Position numbers and translations under genes: made by a program. The notes under the pieces were generated by a model. It was not told the origin of the DNA. It saw only the letters and a program-made list of their open reading frames with translations, and did not search any database. DNA of 48,573 bases from Candidatus Rokuibacteriota bacterium (GTDB lineage: Bacteria; JAUVQV01; DATDCY01). Where the stretch lies: positions 1 to 48,573 of the forward strand of contig JANOHV010000007.1 in NCBI GenBank assembly GCA_031406795.1, given 5' to 3'. Numbering within the stretch: position 1 is the stretch's first letter; the number at the start of each line of letters is the position of its first letter. This document shows positions 20,261 through 28,226 of the stretch, one piece after another.

Positions 20261-20758
20261 ATGGAGATCACGCGTGCCACCGAGTATGCGGTGCGGTGTG
20301 TGCTGCACCTGGCGCTCGAACCCGGCGACCGGATCGTCCCGCGCCGGGAGATCGCCGCTGCCCGGGAGATCCCCGAACAGTTCCTGGGCAAGATCGCCCA
20401 GCGCCTGGCGCGTGCCGGGATCATCCGCATCCTGCAGGGCGCGCGCGGCGGCTACCAGCTCTCCGTCTCCGCCGACAAGATCACGCTGCTCGCCGTCGTG
20501 GAGGCCGCGGAGGGGGATCTGGGGCTCAACACCTGCGTCATGCACGCCAAGGCCTGCTCCCGCACCTGCGTCTGCGCCGCCCATCGTGTCTGGACGGAGG
20601 CCCGGCGTCAGTTGCGCGCCACGCTCGGGAGCGTCACCTTCGCCGAGCTCGCGGCGCAGGAGGGCCCGCTGCCGCCGCCCGGAGACGAACCGATAACCGA
20701 GAAATCATCCTTCATGCGGCGAAAAGGTGTCGCTGAACGGGGGCCCCCGGCAACTTGA
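20261..20758 (+). CDS. Rrf2 family transcriptional regulator (probable Fe-S binding)
   Basis: TRATEYAVR, GARGGYQL, Cys cluster CVMHAKACSRTCVCAAH; AGGAGG SD. Confidence 0.92.
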   Translation: MEITRATEYAVRCVLHLALEPGDRIVPRREIAAAREIPEQFLGKIAQRLARAGIIRILQGARGGYQLSVSADKITLLAVVEAAEGDLGLNTCVMHAKACSRTCVCAAHRVWTEARRQLRATLGSVTFAELAAQEGPLPPPGDEPITEKSSFMRRKGVAERGPPAT

Positions 20759-20783
20759 CACCCGCACGCCGCTGCACGGGCGG

Positions 20784-20862
20784 CGAAGGGGTGGCGCGGA
20801 GGGGAGGTCTCCAGCGGTGGAGCGGAGCGAGGCCGATGGAGGTCCGCAGCGACAGGACCCCG
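20784..20862 (+). repeat. Dispersed structured repeat, copy A
   Basis: Shares exact 15-nt and 18-nt blocks with the reverse complement of 29662-29715. Confidence 0.75.
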
Positions 20863-20932
20863 CAGCCAGAACGATTATGGGTGCCATCGGTCGGGGTTCG
20901 GTACTTGATCATCGCATGAGGGAGGTAGCACG

Positions 20933-21175
20933 ATGGAAGTCTTGATGCTCTCGCGGCTGCAGTTCGCCGTGACGGTGCTCTTCCCGAACATCTTCCCGTC
21001 GAGCCTCGACCCGGCGTTCAGCAGGACCGCCTTCAACGCCGCTTCGACCCCGATGACGCTCGGCATCATGCTCGCCGTGGCCCTCGTGATGGTGCCGATC
21101 GTGATCGCCTGCCAGACCTGGGCCTATCGGCTCTTCAGCGGCAAGATCACGCGGGAGAGCCCCTCGTACGACTGA
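20933..21175 (+). pseudogene. In-frame cydA'-'cydB deletion fusion (cytochrome bd oxidase scar)
   Basis: MEVLMLSRLQFAVTV is a CydA N-terminus; LFPNIFPSSLDPAFS...TLGIM...VPIVIACQTWAYRLFSGK is a CydB C-terminus. Confidence 0.8.
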
Positions 21176-21227
21176 GCGCGGGGTCCATCGACCCCGCAAG
21201 GCAGAACCACCAACAAAGGAGAAGACC

Positions 21228-21830
21228 ATGGGCGTGCTCGTCGGAAAGCCGGCACCGGATTTCACCGCCAACGCGGTGCTGGGCAACAACGAAATCAAGG
21301 AGATCACCTTCTCGGAGGTCATCCAGGACAGCTATGCCGTCCTGTTTTTCTATCCGCTGGATTTCACGTTCGTCTGCCCCTCCGAACTGCTGGCGTTCGA
21401 CCACCGGCTCGCGGAGTTCGAGAAGCGCGGTGTCCGGGTGATCGGCGTCTCCATCGACTCGCAGTTCACCCATCTCGCCTGGAAGAACACAGCGATCGAA
21501 AATGGCGGCATCGGGAAGGTCAAGTACCCGCTCGTGGCCGACATCAAGCACGAGATCTGCCGGGCCTACGATGTCGAGTTCGCCGCGGCCGGCGTGGCTT
21601 TTCGCGGCTCGTTCCTGATCGACAAGGCCGGGCTGGTCCGGCACCAGGTCGTGAACGATCTGCCGCTCGGGCGCAACATCGACGAGATGCTGCGCATGAT
21701 CGACGCGCTGCAGTTCACCGAGAAGCACGGCGAGGTCTGCCCCGCCGGCTGGACGCAGGGGCAGGAGGGGATGCAGGCCACCCCGGCGGGGGTCGCCAAG
21801 TATCTCACCGCGCACCATCAGGAGCTCTGA
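21228..21830 (+). CDS. ahpC: 2-Cys peroxiredoxin
   Basis: FFYPLDFTFVCPSE and GEVCPAGW. Confidence 0.95.
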   Translation: MGVLVGKPAPDFTANAVLGNNEIKEITFSEVIQDSYAVLFFYPLDFTFVCPSELLAFDHRLAEFEKRGVRVIGVSIDSQFTHLAWKNTAIENGGIGKVKYPLVADIKHEICRAYDVEFAAAGVAFRGSFLIDKAGLVRHQVVNDLPLGRNIDEMLRMIDALQFTEKHGEVCPAGWTQGQEGMQATPAGVAKYLTAHHQEL

Positions 21831-21916
21831 TCCGCCGCACGGCGGCGCCTGATCCACCCGGCCCGCGGTCGTTCCCCGGCGGACGCCCGCGGGCCGGTCT
21901 GTATCCCCACCCTGCC

Positions 21917-21952
21917 GCATGACAAAAGCATGACATCGAGGCCCCATATTCT
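21917..21952 (+). promoter_or_regulatory. OmpR/PhoB-type direct-repeat box and possible -10
   Basis: GCATGACA-aaa-GCATGACA (11-bp period), then TATTCT at 21947. Confidence 0.5.
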
Positions 21953-22029
21953 CGTCCCAGGCAGCACACAGCGCAGACGGGCCGGCCGCGCCGCGGCGCG
22001 CACGACGGCCCGAGGACGGGAGGGGGAAC

Positions 22030-23748
22030 ATGAAGAAGCAAGTGGTACCCGGGCGGAAGAGAATTCTCCTGAGCGGGGTTTTCGGCCCCTTCGGCGTCGA
22101 CGACGCGTACGGTCGCCGCGAGAACATCATGGAACTATTCCACAACCAGGTGACCCGCGAGCAGGGCGCGGCGTCGTTTCGCTTCCATCACCGCTCGTTC
22201 GGGCTCTATTTTCTCGCCGAGAACGTCGATGCCGATGTGACCGTGCTCGACTTCCCGTCCAACGAGGAGTTCGAGCGCGAACTGCGCAACGGCTACGACA
22301 TCGTCGGCATTTCGTTCATCGCGCCGAACTTCGTCAAGGCCCGCGAAATGGCGCGCCTGGTGCGGCAGCACGCGCCGGGAACGGTCGTGGTGCTCGGCGG
22401 CCACGGCGCGGCGATTGAGGGGGTGGAGCGGCTCATCGACTGCGACCACGTCATCAAGGGCGAGGGCGTCGCCTGGCTGCGTCGATTTCTCGGGCAAGAC
22501 CCCGAAGCGCCGATCCGCCATCCGGTGCTGCCGAGCACGGAGCGGCAGAGCATCCTGGGCGTGCCGCTGACCGGCGTCTGTTCGAGCCTGCTGGTGCCCG
22601 GCCTCGGGTGCGTCAACGGCTGCCGCTTCTGCAGCACCACGCACTTCTTCGGCAAGACTTACACATCGTACCTGGCGACGGGAAGGGCGATCTTCGAGAA
22701 CGCCGTGCGCATTGCCGACCGGCGCGGCACTGACTCTTTCTTCGTGATGGACGAGAACTTTCTCAAGGACACCAGCCGCGCCCGGGAGCTGCTCGAGCTG
22801 ATGGAGCGCGAGCAGCGCTTCTTCCGGTTCCAGATCTTCTCGTCCGCCGAGGCAATCATGGCCTTCGGGCTCGACGAGCTGGTGCGGTTGGGCGTGACGT
22901 TTATCTGGATGGGGGTCGAGACGAAGAGCCGGGAGGCGAACTTCACGAAGAACGCCGGCGTGGACGCGCGGTGGCTCGTGCGCGAGCTGCGAAATCGCGG
23001 GATCACCGTGCTGGCCTCCGGGATCCTCTGCATGGAGCACCACACCCAGCAAAACATCCAGGAGGACATCGATCACCTGGTCGACCTGGAGGCGGACTTC
23101 ACGCAGTTCATGCTGCTGACCCCCTTGCCGACCACCGTGCTCTACCAGGAGAAGAAGGCCAGCGGGCAGCTCCGCGAGGACCTGCCGTTCGAGGAATGGC
23201 ACGGCCAGAAGATGCTGAACTACGTCCACCCGCACTTTCCGGGAGACAGCGCGGAACGCTGGATCAGGCAGGCTTTCCGTCAGGAGTACGCGGAGAACTC
23301 CAGCTCCATCTATCGAGTCACGGAGACGGCCCTGCGCGGCTACCTGCACCTGGCGGGCCTGCAGGACCGGGATGGCTGTCTCGAGGCGCGATTGGCCCAG
23401 GCCCGCGAGCGACTCGCGGAGTACGCGCTGATCCTGCCCGAAATCGGCCGGCATGCGGTCAACAATCTGGAGCGGGAACGCGTGGCGGACCTCGCCCGTC
23501 GGCTGGTCTCGGTCCTGGGAAAACCCGGCCTGAAGGAACGGCTGATCCGGTTGGGAATCCGGGTCCTTGCGGCGCGCTGGCGCTGGCGTATCTGGTTGAT
23601 CGGGGATGCCATCCAGCCGAAGACCATCCGCACCCGGTACGCCGCAGCGGGGCGCGCGCGCGACGCCGATCCGCCGGTCGCCTGCCCGATGCCGGAGGCG
23701 CAGCCGGCCCGGCGTCGGGTCCGGGCGGCCGAGGTGGTCGTCAAGTAG
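22030..23748 (+). CDS. Cobalamin-binding radical SAM protein
   Basis: VGIS...VVLGGHG B12-binding domain, CVNGCRFC, MDENF, LTPLPTT. Confidence 0.88.
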   Translation: MKKQVVPGRKRILLSGVFGPFGVDDAYGRRENIMELFHNQVTREQGAASFRFHHRSFGLYFLAENVDADVTVLDFPSNEEFERELRNGYDIVGISFIAPNFVKAREMARLVRQHAPGTVVVLGGHGAAIEGVERLIDCDHVIKGEGVAWLRRFLGQDPEAPIRHPVLPSTERQSILGVPLTGVCSSLLVPGLGCVNGCRFCSTTHFFGKTYTSYLATGRAIFENAVRIADRRGTDSFFVMDENFLKDTSRARELLELMEREQRFFRFQIFSSAEAIMAFGLDELVRLGVTFIWMGVETKSREANFTKNAGVDARWLVRELRNRGITVLASGILCMEHHTQQNIQEDIDHLVDLEADFTQFMLLTPLPTTVLYQEKKASGQLREDLPFEEWHGQKMLNYVHPHFPGDSAERWIRQAFRQEYAENSSSIYRVTETALRGYLHLAGLQDRDGCLEARLAQARERLAEYALILPEIGRHAVNNLERERVADLARRLVSVLGKPGLKERLIRLGIRVLAARWRWRIWLIGDAIQPKTIRTRYAAAGRARDADPPVACPMPEAQPARRRVRAAEVVVK

Positions 23749-23794
23749 CAGAGCCCGGTGCCGGGAGCGGGTCGGCGCGCTGAGCGCACCCGCA

Positions 23795-23823
23795 TTGACA
23801 ATCTTTCGCCATGTCCTGAGAAT
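23795..23823 (+). promoter_or_regulatory. Putative sigma70 promoter of the two-component system
   Basis: TTGACA-17 nt-GAGAAT. Confidence 0.4.
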
Positions 23824-23921
23824 CCCCGGCAGCGAGAGCGCGCTCTGCGTGAACTTCGAGTGGTTTCGCGCCGGGGGGCGGCAGCTGGCGGAATGCGTGG
23901 CGGGCGATCAGCGAGCGTATC

Positions 23922-24872
23922 ATGCAGAGCGAACAGTCGCACAAGATCGAGCGCATCCGTCAAAGCCTGAGTCTCGTCAAGCCGATCGTCACGCTCTCGG
24001 TCGGCGTCGTGCTCCCGGTGCTGCTCTCGACGGCGGTCGGTATCGTGGCCATCGTCGCCGGGGAAAGTTCGCTGACGTTGATCCTGGGGATCCTGATGGT
24101 TTCCTTCACCGCTGCGGCGATCGGCGGGGCGGTGATCCTCTACGTGCTGCTGGGGCGGCGCGCCCGCCTCGCGCGGCTGCAGTCCGACCTGCTGGCCAAC
24201 GTCACGCACGATCTGCGCACGCCGCTGGCCGCGATCCGGGTCTACGCCCAGACGCTGCAGACCGGTCTGCTGCGCAGCGACCCGGCGCGCGCCGAGGACT
24301 GCCTGCGGACGATCGTCCGGGAGACCGAGTGGCTGGACGCCATGATCGACCGGGTGATCAGCTGGCGGGTGGCGTCGAAAGACCGGGGACTCGTCGATCT
24401 GCGATGCGGCCCGATCCGCCCGGTGGTGGACGAGACGGCGGCGCGGTTCCTGCGGATGGTCCCCACCGACGAGGTGCAGTTGAGCTACATTTTCGAGAGC
24501 GCTCGCGATGTCCGCCACGATCCCCGCGCGCTGGAGCAGGCGCTCCTCAACCTGCTGGTCAATGCGGCCAAGTACTCCGCGGCGCCGAAGCGGATCGGCC
24601 TGCAGGTCCGCGATGAGGGAGACTGGGTGGTCGTCGCCGTGGAGGACAACGGGATCGGCATCCCCGCCGCGGAGGTCCGCCGGATCTTCGAGCCGTTCTA
24701 CCGGGTCAGCGGCGCCGGCTCCCGCGCTTCAGGGGCCGGCCTGGGACTGGCGATCGTGCACCACGCGGTGAAGGCCCACGGCGGGAAGATCATCGTCGAC
24801 ACGAAAGAAGGCGTCGGCAGCCGTTTCTCAATCTTCCTGCCGGCCTGCGCGGCGCAGGAGGGCAGCGGGTGA
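23922..24872 (+). CDS. Sensor histidine kinase (two close TM helices, intramembrane-sensing type)
   Basis: THDLRTPL, NLLVNAAKYS, DNGIGI, GAGLGLAI. Confidence 0.93.
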   Translation: MQSEQSHKIERIRQSLSLVKPIVTLSVGVVLPVLLSTAVGIVAIVAGESSLTLILGILMVSFTAAAIGGAVILYVLLGRRARLARLQSDLLANVTHDLRTPLAAIRVYAQTLQTGLLRSDPARAEDCLRTIVRETEWLDAMIDRVISWRVASKDRGLVDLRCGPIRPVVDETAARFLRMVPTDEVQLSYIFESARDVRHDPRALEQALLNLLVNAAKYSAAPKRIGLQVRDEGDWVVVAVEDNGIGIPAAEVRRIFEPFYRVSGAGSRASGAGLGLAIVHHAVKAHGGKIIVDTKEGVGSRFSIFLPACAAQEGSG

Positions 24873-25594
24873 AGCGCGGGGAGCCAGGGTCCGCGGCCGC
24901 GCCGAAGGCCCGCGGGGAGACGATCCTGGTCGTGGAGGACGACCGCTCCCTCCGCGAAGGGCTCGTGATGAACTTCGAGCTGCGCGGATACCGGGTGCTG
25001 GCCGCCGCGGAGGGGGAGACCGGCGTGCGGCTCGCCTTCGACGAGCGGCCGGACCTGATCGTGCTGGATCTGATGCTCCCCGGGTTCGACGGCTTCGAAA
25101 TCCTGTCCCAGCTGCGCGAACGGGAGATCGACGTGCCGGTGCTGATTCTTTCGGCCCGGGGCGAAGTGTCGGACAAAGTCGACGGTTTCCGGCTCGGGGC
25201 GGACGACTATGTCACGAAGCCCTTTCAACTTCCGGAACTGATCGCCCGCGTCGAAGGGATGCTGCGCCGGCGCCGGCGTCAGCGCGCGGCCCGAGACTCG
25301 ATCACTTTCGGGGAGATCGCCCTCGACCCCGCGGGCCGGACCGTGCGGCGGGCGGGGCGGGAGGTCTCGCTGCTCGCCAAGGAGTTCGACCTGCTCTACC
25401 TGCTGGCGAGCAATCCGGGACACCCTTTCAGCCGCGAGACGATCCTCGACCGCGTTTGGGGGTGGGGTTTCGACGGCACCACCCGCACGGTCGACAACTA
25501 CATCCACGCGCTGCGCCAGAAACTCGAGGCCGACCCGGCGCGGCCGCGCCACATCACGACCGTCCGCCAGATCGGCTACCGCCTCGATCCATAA
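24869..25594 (+). CDS. OmpR-family response regulator
   Basis: VVEDD, LDLMLP, GADDYVTKPF, wHTH ending TVRQIGYR. Confidence 0.93.
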   Translation: MKRGEPGSAAAPKARGETILVVEDDRSLREGLVMNFELRGYRVLAAAEGETGVRLAFDERPDLIVLDLMLPGFDGFEILSQLREREIDVPVLILSARGEVSDKVDGFRLGADDYVTKPFQLPELIARVEGMLRRRRRQRAARDSITFGEIALDPAGRTVRRAGREVSLLAKEFDLLYLLASNPGHPFSRETILDRVWGWGFDGTTRTVDNYIHALRQKLEADPARPRHITTVRQIGYRLDP

Positions 25595-25692
25595 CGGTGA
25601 GCTGCCTGCTCAGTCAGCGCCTTCATCAGGGGAAACCGATCGTGGTCTATAATCTCGACGATTGCGCAGTAAGCCTGCAGGGGGGATGGTCG

Positions 25693-25803
25693 ATGCCGGT
25701 GTACGAGTACGATCATGTCGCGAAGAAGTGCGGCGAAAACCGCATCTGGGAGATGAACAAGCCCGAAACCCGGCCGAAGCTGCGCGCGAAGACCCGGGAC
25801 TGA
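25693..25803 (+). pseudogene. FmdB-family zinc-ribbon remnant
   Basis: MPVYEY start typical of the family, but the CxxC motifs are lost; only 36 aa; GGGGGA SD. Confidence 0.45.
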
Positions 25804-25843
25804 GGACCGCAAGCGGATCGTCGTCCCCGGGATCGGCCCCGTC

Positions 25844-26134
25844 TCAGCAACAGCCGCCGCTGCCGCGTCGTCCCGGGAGCACCTCGCCGAGCCACTCGCT
25901 GATCAACCCGGCGGCGCAACCGACGCCGACATCGACTTTGATCGCTTCGACCGGGCAATTCGTCCGGCAGGCGCCGCACTCCATGCAGCGGTTGGCGTCC
26001 ACGATCTGCGCCTTGTCGTCGCTCAAAGTGAAGACCTGGTGCGGGCAGACCTCCGCGCACATGCCGCAACCGATGCACGCCTCCCGGTCCATCTGGAGTG
26101 TCGCGACATCCGGCAGGTAGGAAAAGCCCTTCAT
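25844..26134 (-). CDS. hgcB: Mercury methylation ferredoxin HgcB
   Basis: CIGCGMCAEVCP, CMECGACRTNCP, GVGCA, C-terminal CC; directly downstream of hgcA. Confidence 0.95.
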   Translation of the reverse strand: MKGFSYLPDVATLQMDREACIGCGMCAEVCPHQVFTLSDDKAQIVDANRCMECGACRTNCPVEAIKVDVGVGCAAGLISEWLGEVLPGRRGSGGCC

Positions 26135-26148
26135 TGCCCCTCCTCAGC

Positions 26149-27270
26149 TCAACGCAGCGCGGCGGCAATCCAGCAGCCGAAGCCGGCAACCAGTCCGCAG
26201 GCCATCACCGGCATCGAGAGGCGCATCTCCCGCTTCACCCCGGAGAGCGACGTGAAGGGGGTACTGCCCGTGAAGTTCAGGGCGAGGAAGGAGCTGACGG
26301 CGCTCACCAGGAGCAGGGTCGCCGCCGCCTCGAGCCCCCGCCACCCGGTGACCGCCAGGAAGGCCAGGGACCAGAGCAGCCCGACGACCGCCCCCTTGAC
26401 GGCGAAGCTGCGCGTCGGCAGCCAGGGGAGGGCCAGCGGGGTGACGATCGTGCCGGTCGCCAACGCCCCGCCATACGCCAGGACCGCCGGGATCGCGGCG
26501 GCGGGGGAAAACTGGCCGTCGCGCCAGGCCGCGGCGAGCGCGAGCGGCGGCACAATCCAGGCCGAGCCCTTGAGGGCGATGACCAGTTCGATCGGGATCA
26601 GCACCAGGCGCTCCCGCAGCGTGAAGGTCAGCTCCCGCATCCGCGGCGTCGTCTGTTGGCCGCCGTCGAGGTAGCGGGGGATATCGGCCGCCTGGATCGC
26701 GGCAAAGTGCACCGAAAACCCCGTGCGCGCGCGGATCTCGAACGCCGAAACCCCGGGCGCCCCGAGCAGCGGCAGAATCAGGCGCCGGTGCCGCACGACC
26801 CTCGCCAGGCCGGAAGTCTCGATCCGGGTGATGAGTTCCTCGCTCCCGAAGGTGCCCTTGCCGGCGGCGCACCAGACGTTGATCCCGTGCGTCTCCAGCA
26901 CGAGGAGCCAAACGTTGCGCCCGACGAGCACCGCCCTGACGAGGTCGAAGCTCATCTTGTAGTTCGCCGTGACCAGCACCGGGTCGTCGGGGGTGGGAGC
27001 GCCGAAGGCATAAAGTCCCGGGGGAACCAGGTAGGACATGCGGCCGATTCCCCAACGCGCCTTCCAGGCCCCGAGGCGGTCGGCGCGGGCGAGCGCCGGC
27101 GAGATCACCGGCACCCGGCCCGCGGGCGTCTCCAGCCAGTGCTGGAATCCCGCCACCCGCTCGTCGACCTTCCCGCTGACCGCGGGAGTCTTCGGTCCTC
27201 AGCACGGTTCCTTGTCGACGGCGGGCCCGCACGCGGCGGCCGGCGCCATCGGCAGGAACTGTTGTGTCAT
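26149..27270 (-). CDS. hgcA: Mercury methylation corrinoid protein HgcA, with in-frame UGA (probable Sec24)
   Basis: TANYKMSFD, GINVWCAAGKGTFG cap helix, C-terminal TM helices, NFTGSTPFTSLSGV; ATG 27270 is in frame through TGA at 27201-27199. Confidence 0.93.
27166..27201 (-). promoter_or_regulatory. Bacterial SECIS-like hairpin
   Basis: UGA, then GAC-UCCCGC-[GGUCA]-GCGGGA-ag-GUC; the G-initiated loop begins 17 nt after the UGA. Confidence 0.7.
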
Positions 27271-27283
27271 CGCAACGCCGTCC

Positions 27284-27751
27284 CTATTTTGCCTGGTGCA
27301 GCTGCATCCCGCACATGCAGGCGCCGGGCTTGTCCGAGAGGGTGTTGCAGCCGCAGGAACCGCCGCAGTTGCAGAAGTAAAGGCCGCTGCCCTCGAGGTT
27401 GAGCCGCTTGATCGGCTTGCCGCAGCCGCACTTGGCGTGGTCCTTCGGGTCGATCTTGCAGGTGCAGGTCGGGCCGCAGGTGCAAGCCAGCGCGGTGTTG
27501 CCCTCCGTGAAGACCACGTGGCCGCCCGCCATCTCCTTACCGCAGGTGCACTTGCCCGGCTTCAGGGATACGGTGTTGCACTTGCACTCGGGGCCGCAGG
27601 CGCACCAGTAGACAACCGACGACCCGTGCGACCCGCCCTCCATGGAACCGTGCCCCTTGTGCTTCCCCTGATGCCCCCCGCCGTGGTGGGCGCAGGCGCC
27701 GAGGACGAAGGCGGCGGCGATCAGGACGAATGCTGCTGCGAATCTCTTCAT
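27284..27751 (-). CDS. His/Cys-rich metallothionein-like lipoprotein
   Basis: Signal peptide with LGAC lipobox, His/Gly linker, nine CxC motifs in three repeats; AAGGAGG SD; stop 13 nt before the hgcA ATG. Confidence 0.85.
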   Translation of the reverse strand: MKRFAAAFVLIAAAFVLGACAHHGGGHQGKHKGHGSMEGGSHGSSVVYWCACGPECKCNTVSLKPGKCTCGKEMAGGHVVFTEGNTALACTCGPTCTCKIDPKDHAKCGCGKPIKRLNLEGSGLYFCNCGGSCGCNTLSDKPGACMCGMQLHQAK

Positions 27752-27808
27752 GGCGCTCCCTCCTTGATGGGTATCCCGGATTCGCCGGTCAGGTCGACCG
27801 ACCCCCCT

Positions 27809-27837
27809 AATGTACGGCGCGCGGCGGGGTGCGTCAA
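27809..27837 (-). promoter_or_regulatory. Sigma70 promoter of the lipoprotein-hgcA-hgcB operon
   Basis: TTGACG-17 nt-TACATT on the minus strand. Confidence 0.65.
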
Positions 27838-27853
27838 GGGCGCCGTGCAATTT

Positions 27854-27872
27854 TGGGCCTTTTTCAGCGGCC
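27854..27872. repeat. Terminal fragment of the MITE-like element at 32289-32416
   Basis: TGGGCCTTTTTCAGCGGCC is one mismatch from the reverse complement of that element's left end. Confidence 0.55.
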
Positions 27873-27874
27873 CG

Positions 27875-28201
27875 CTACCCGAACGAGCAGACATACTCGG
27901 TGATGCCGCCCTCGACCTCGATGTCGAAGGCGGAGTTGGCCGCAACCGGGAACGAGGTGCCCGCGACGTACGTTTTCCATGAACTCTCGCCCTTGAGGCG
28001 CACGCGGCAGGAGCCGGCGACGATCGCCATCACCTCGGCGGCGGCGGTGGTGAAGTTGAACGAGCCCGGATAGATCAGGCCGATCGTCTTCTTCGCGCCG
28101 TCGGCGGTGAAGACGGTGTGGCTGACCACCTTGCCCTCGAAATAGATGTTGGCCTTGGTGACGACGGAGACGCCGTCGAACTTCTCGGGTGCCTTGGACA
28201 T
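27875..28201 (-). CDS. ppnP: Pyrimidine/purine nucleoside phosphorylase (DUF1255)
   Basis: KANIYFEGKVVS, KKTIG, F.T.AAEVM, EYVCSF. Confidence 0.9.
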   Translation of the reverse strand: MSKAPEKFDGVSVVTKANIYFEGKVVSHTVFTADGAKKTIGLIYPGSFNFTTAAAEVMAIVAGSCRVRLKGESSWKTYVAGTSFPVAANSAFDIEVEGGITEYVCSFG

Positions 28202-28226
28202 TCTGCGCTCTCCCTTGCGATGGGTC

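Noticed and set aside
25844..25846. hgcB TGA after CC as a second selenocysteine
   Set aside because: Terminal CC is the normal HgcB end and no convincing SECIS follows.
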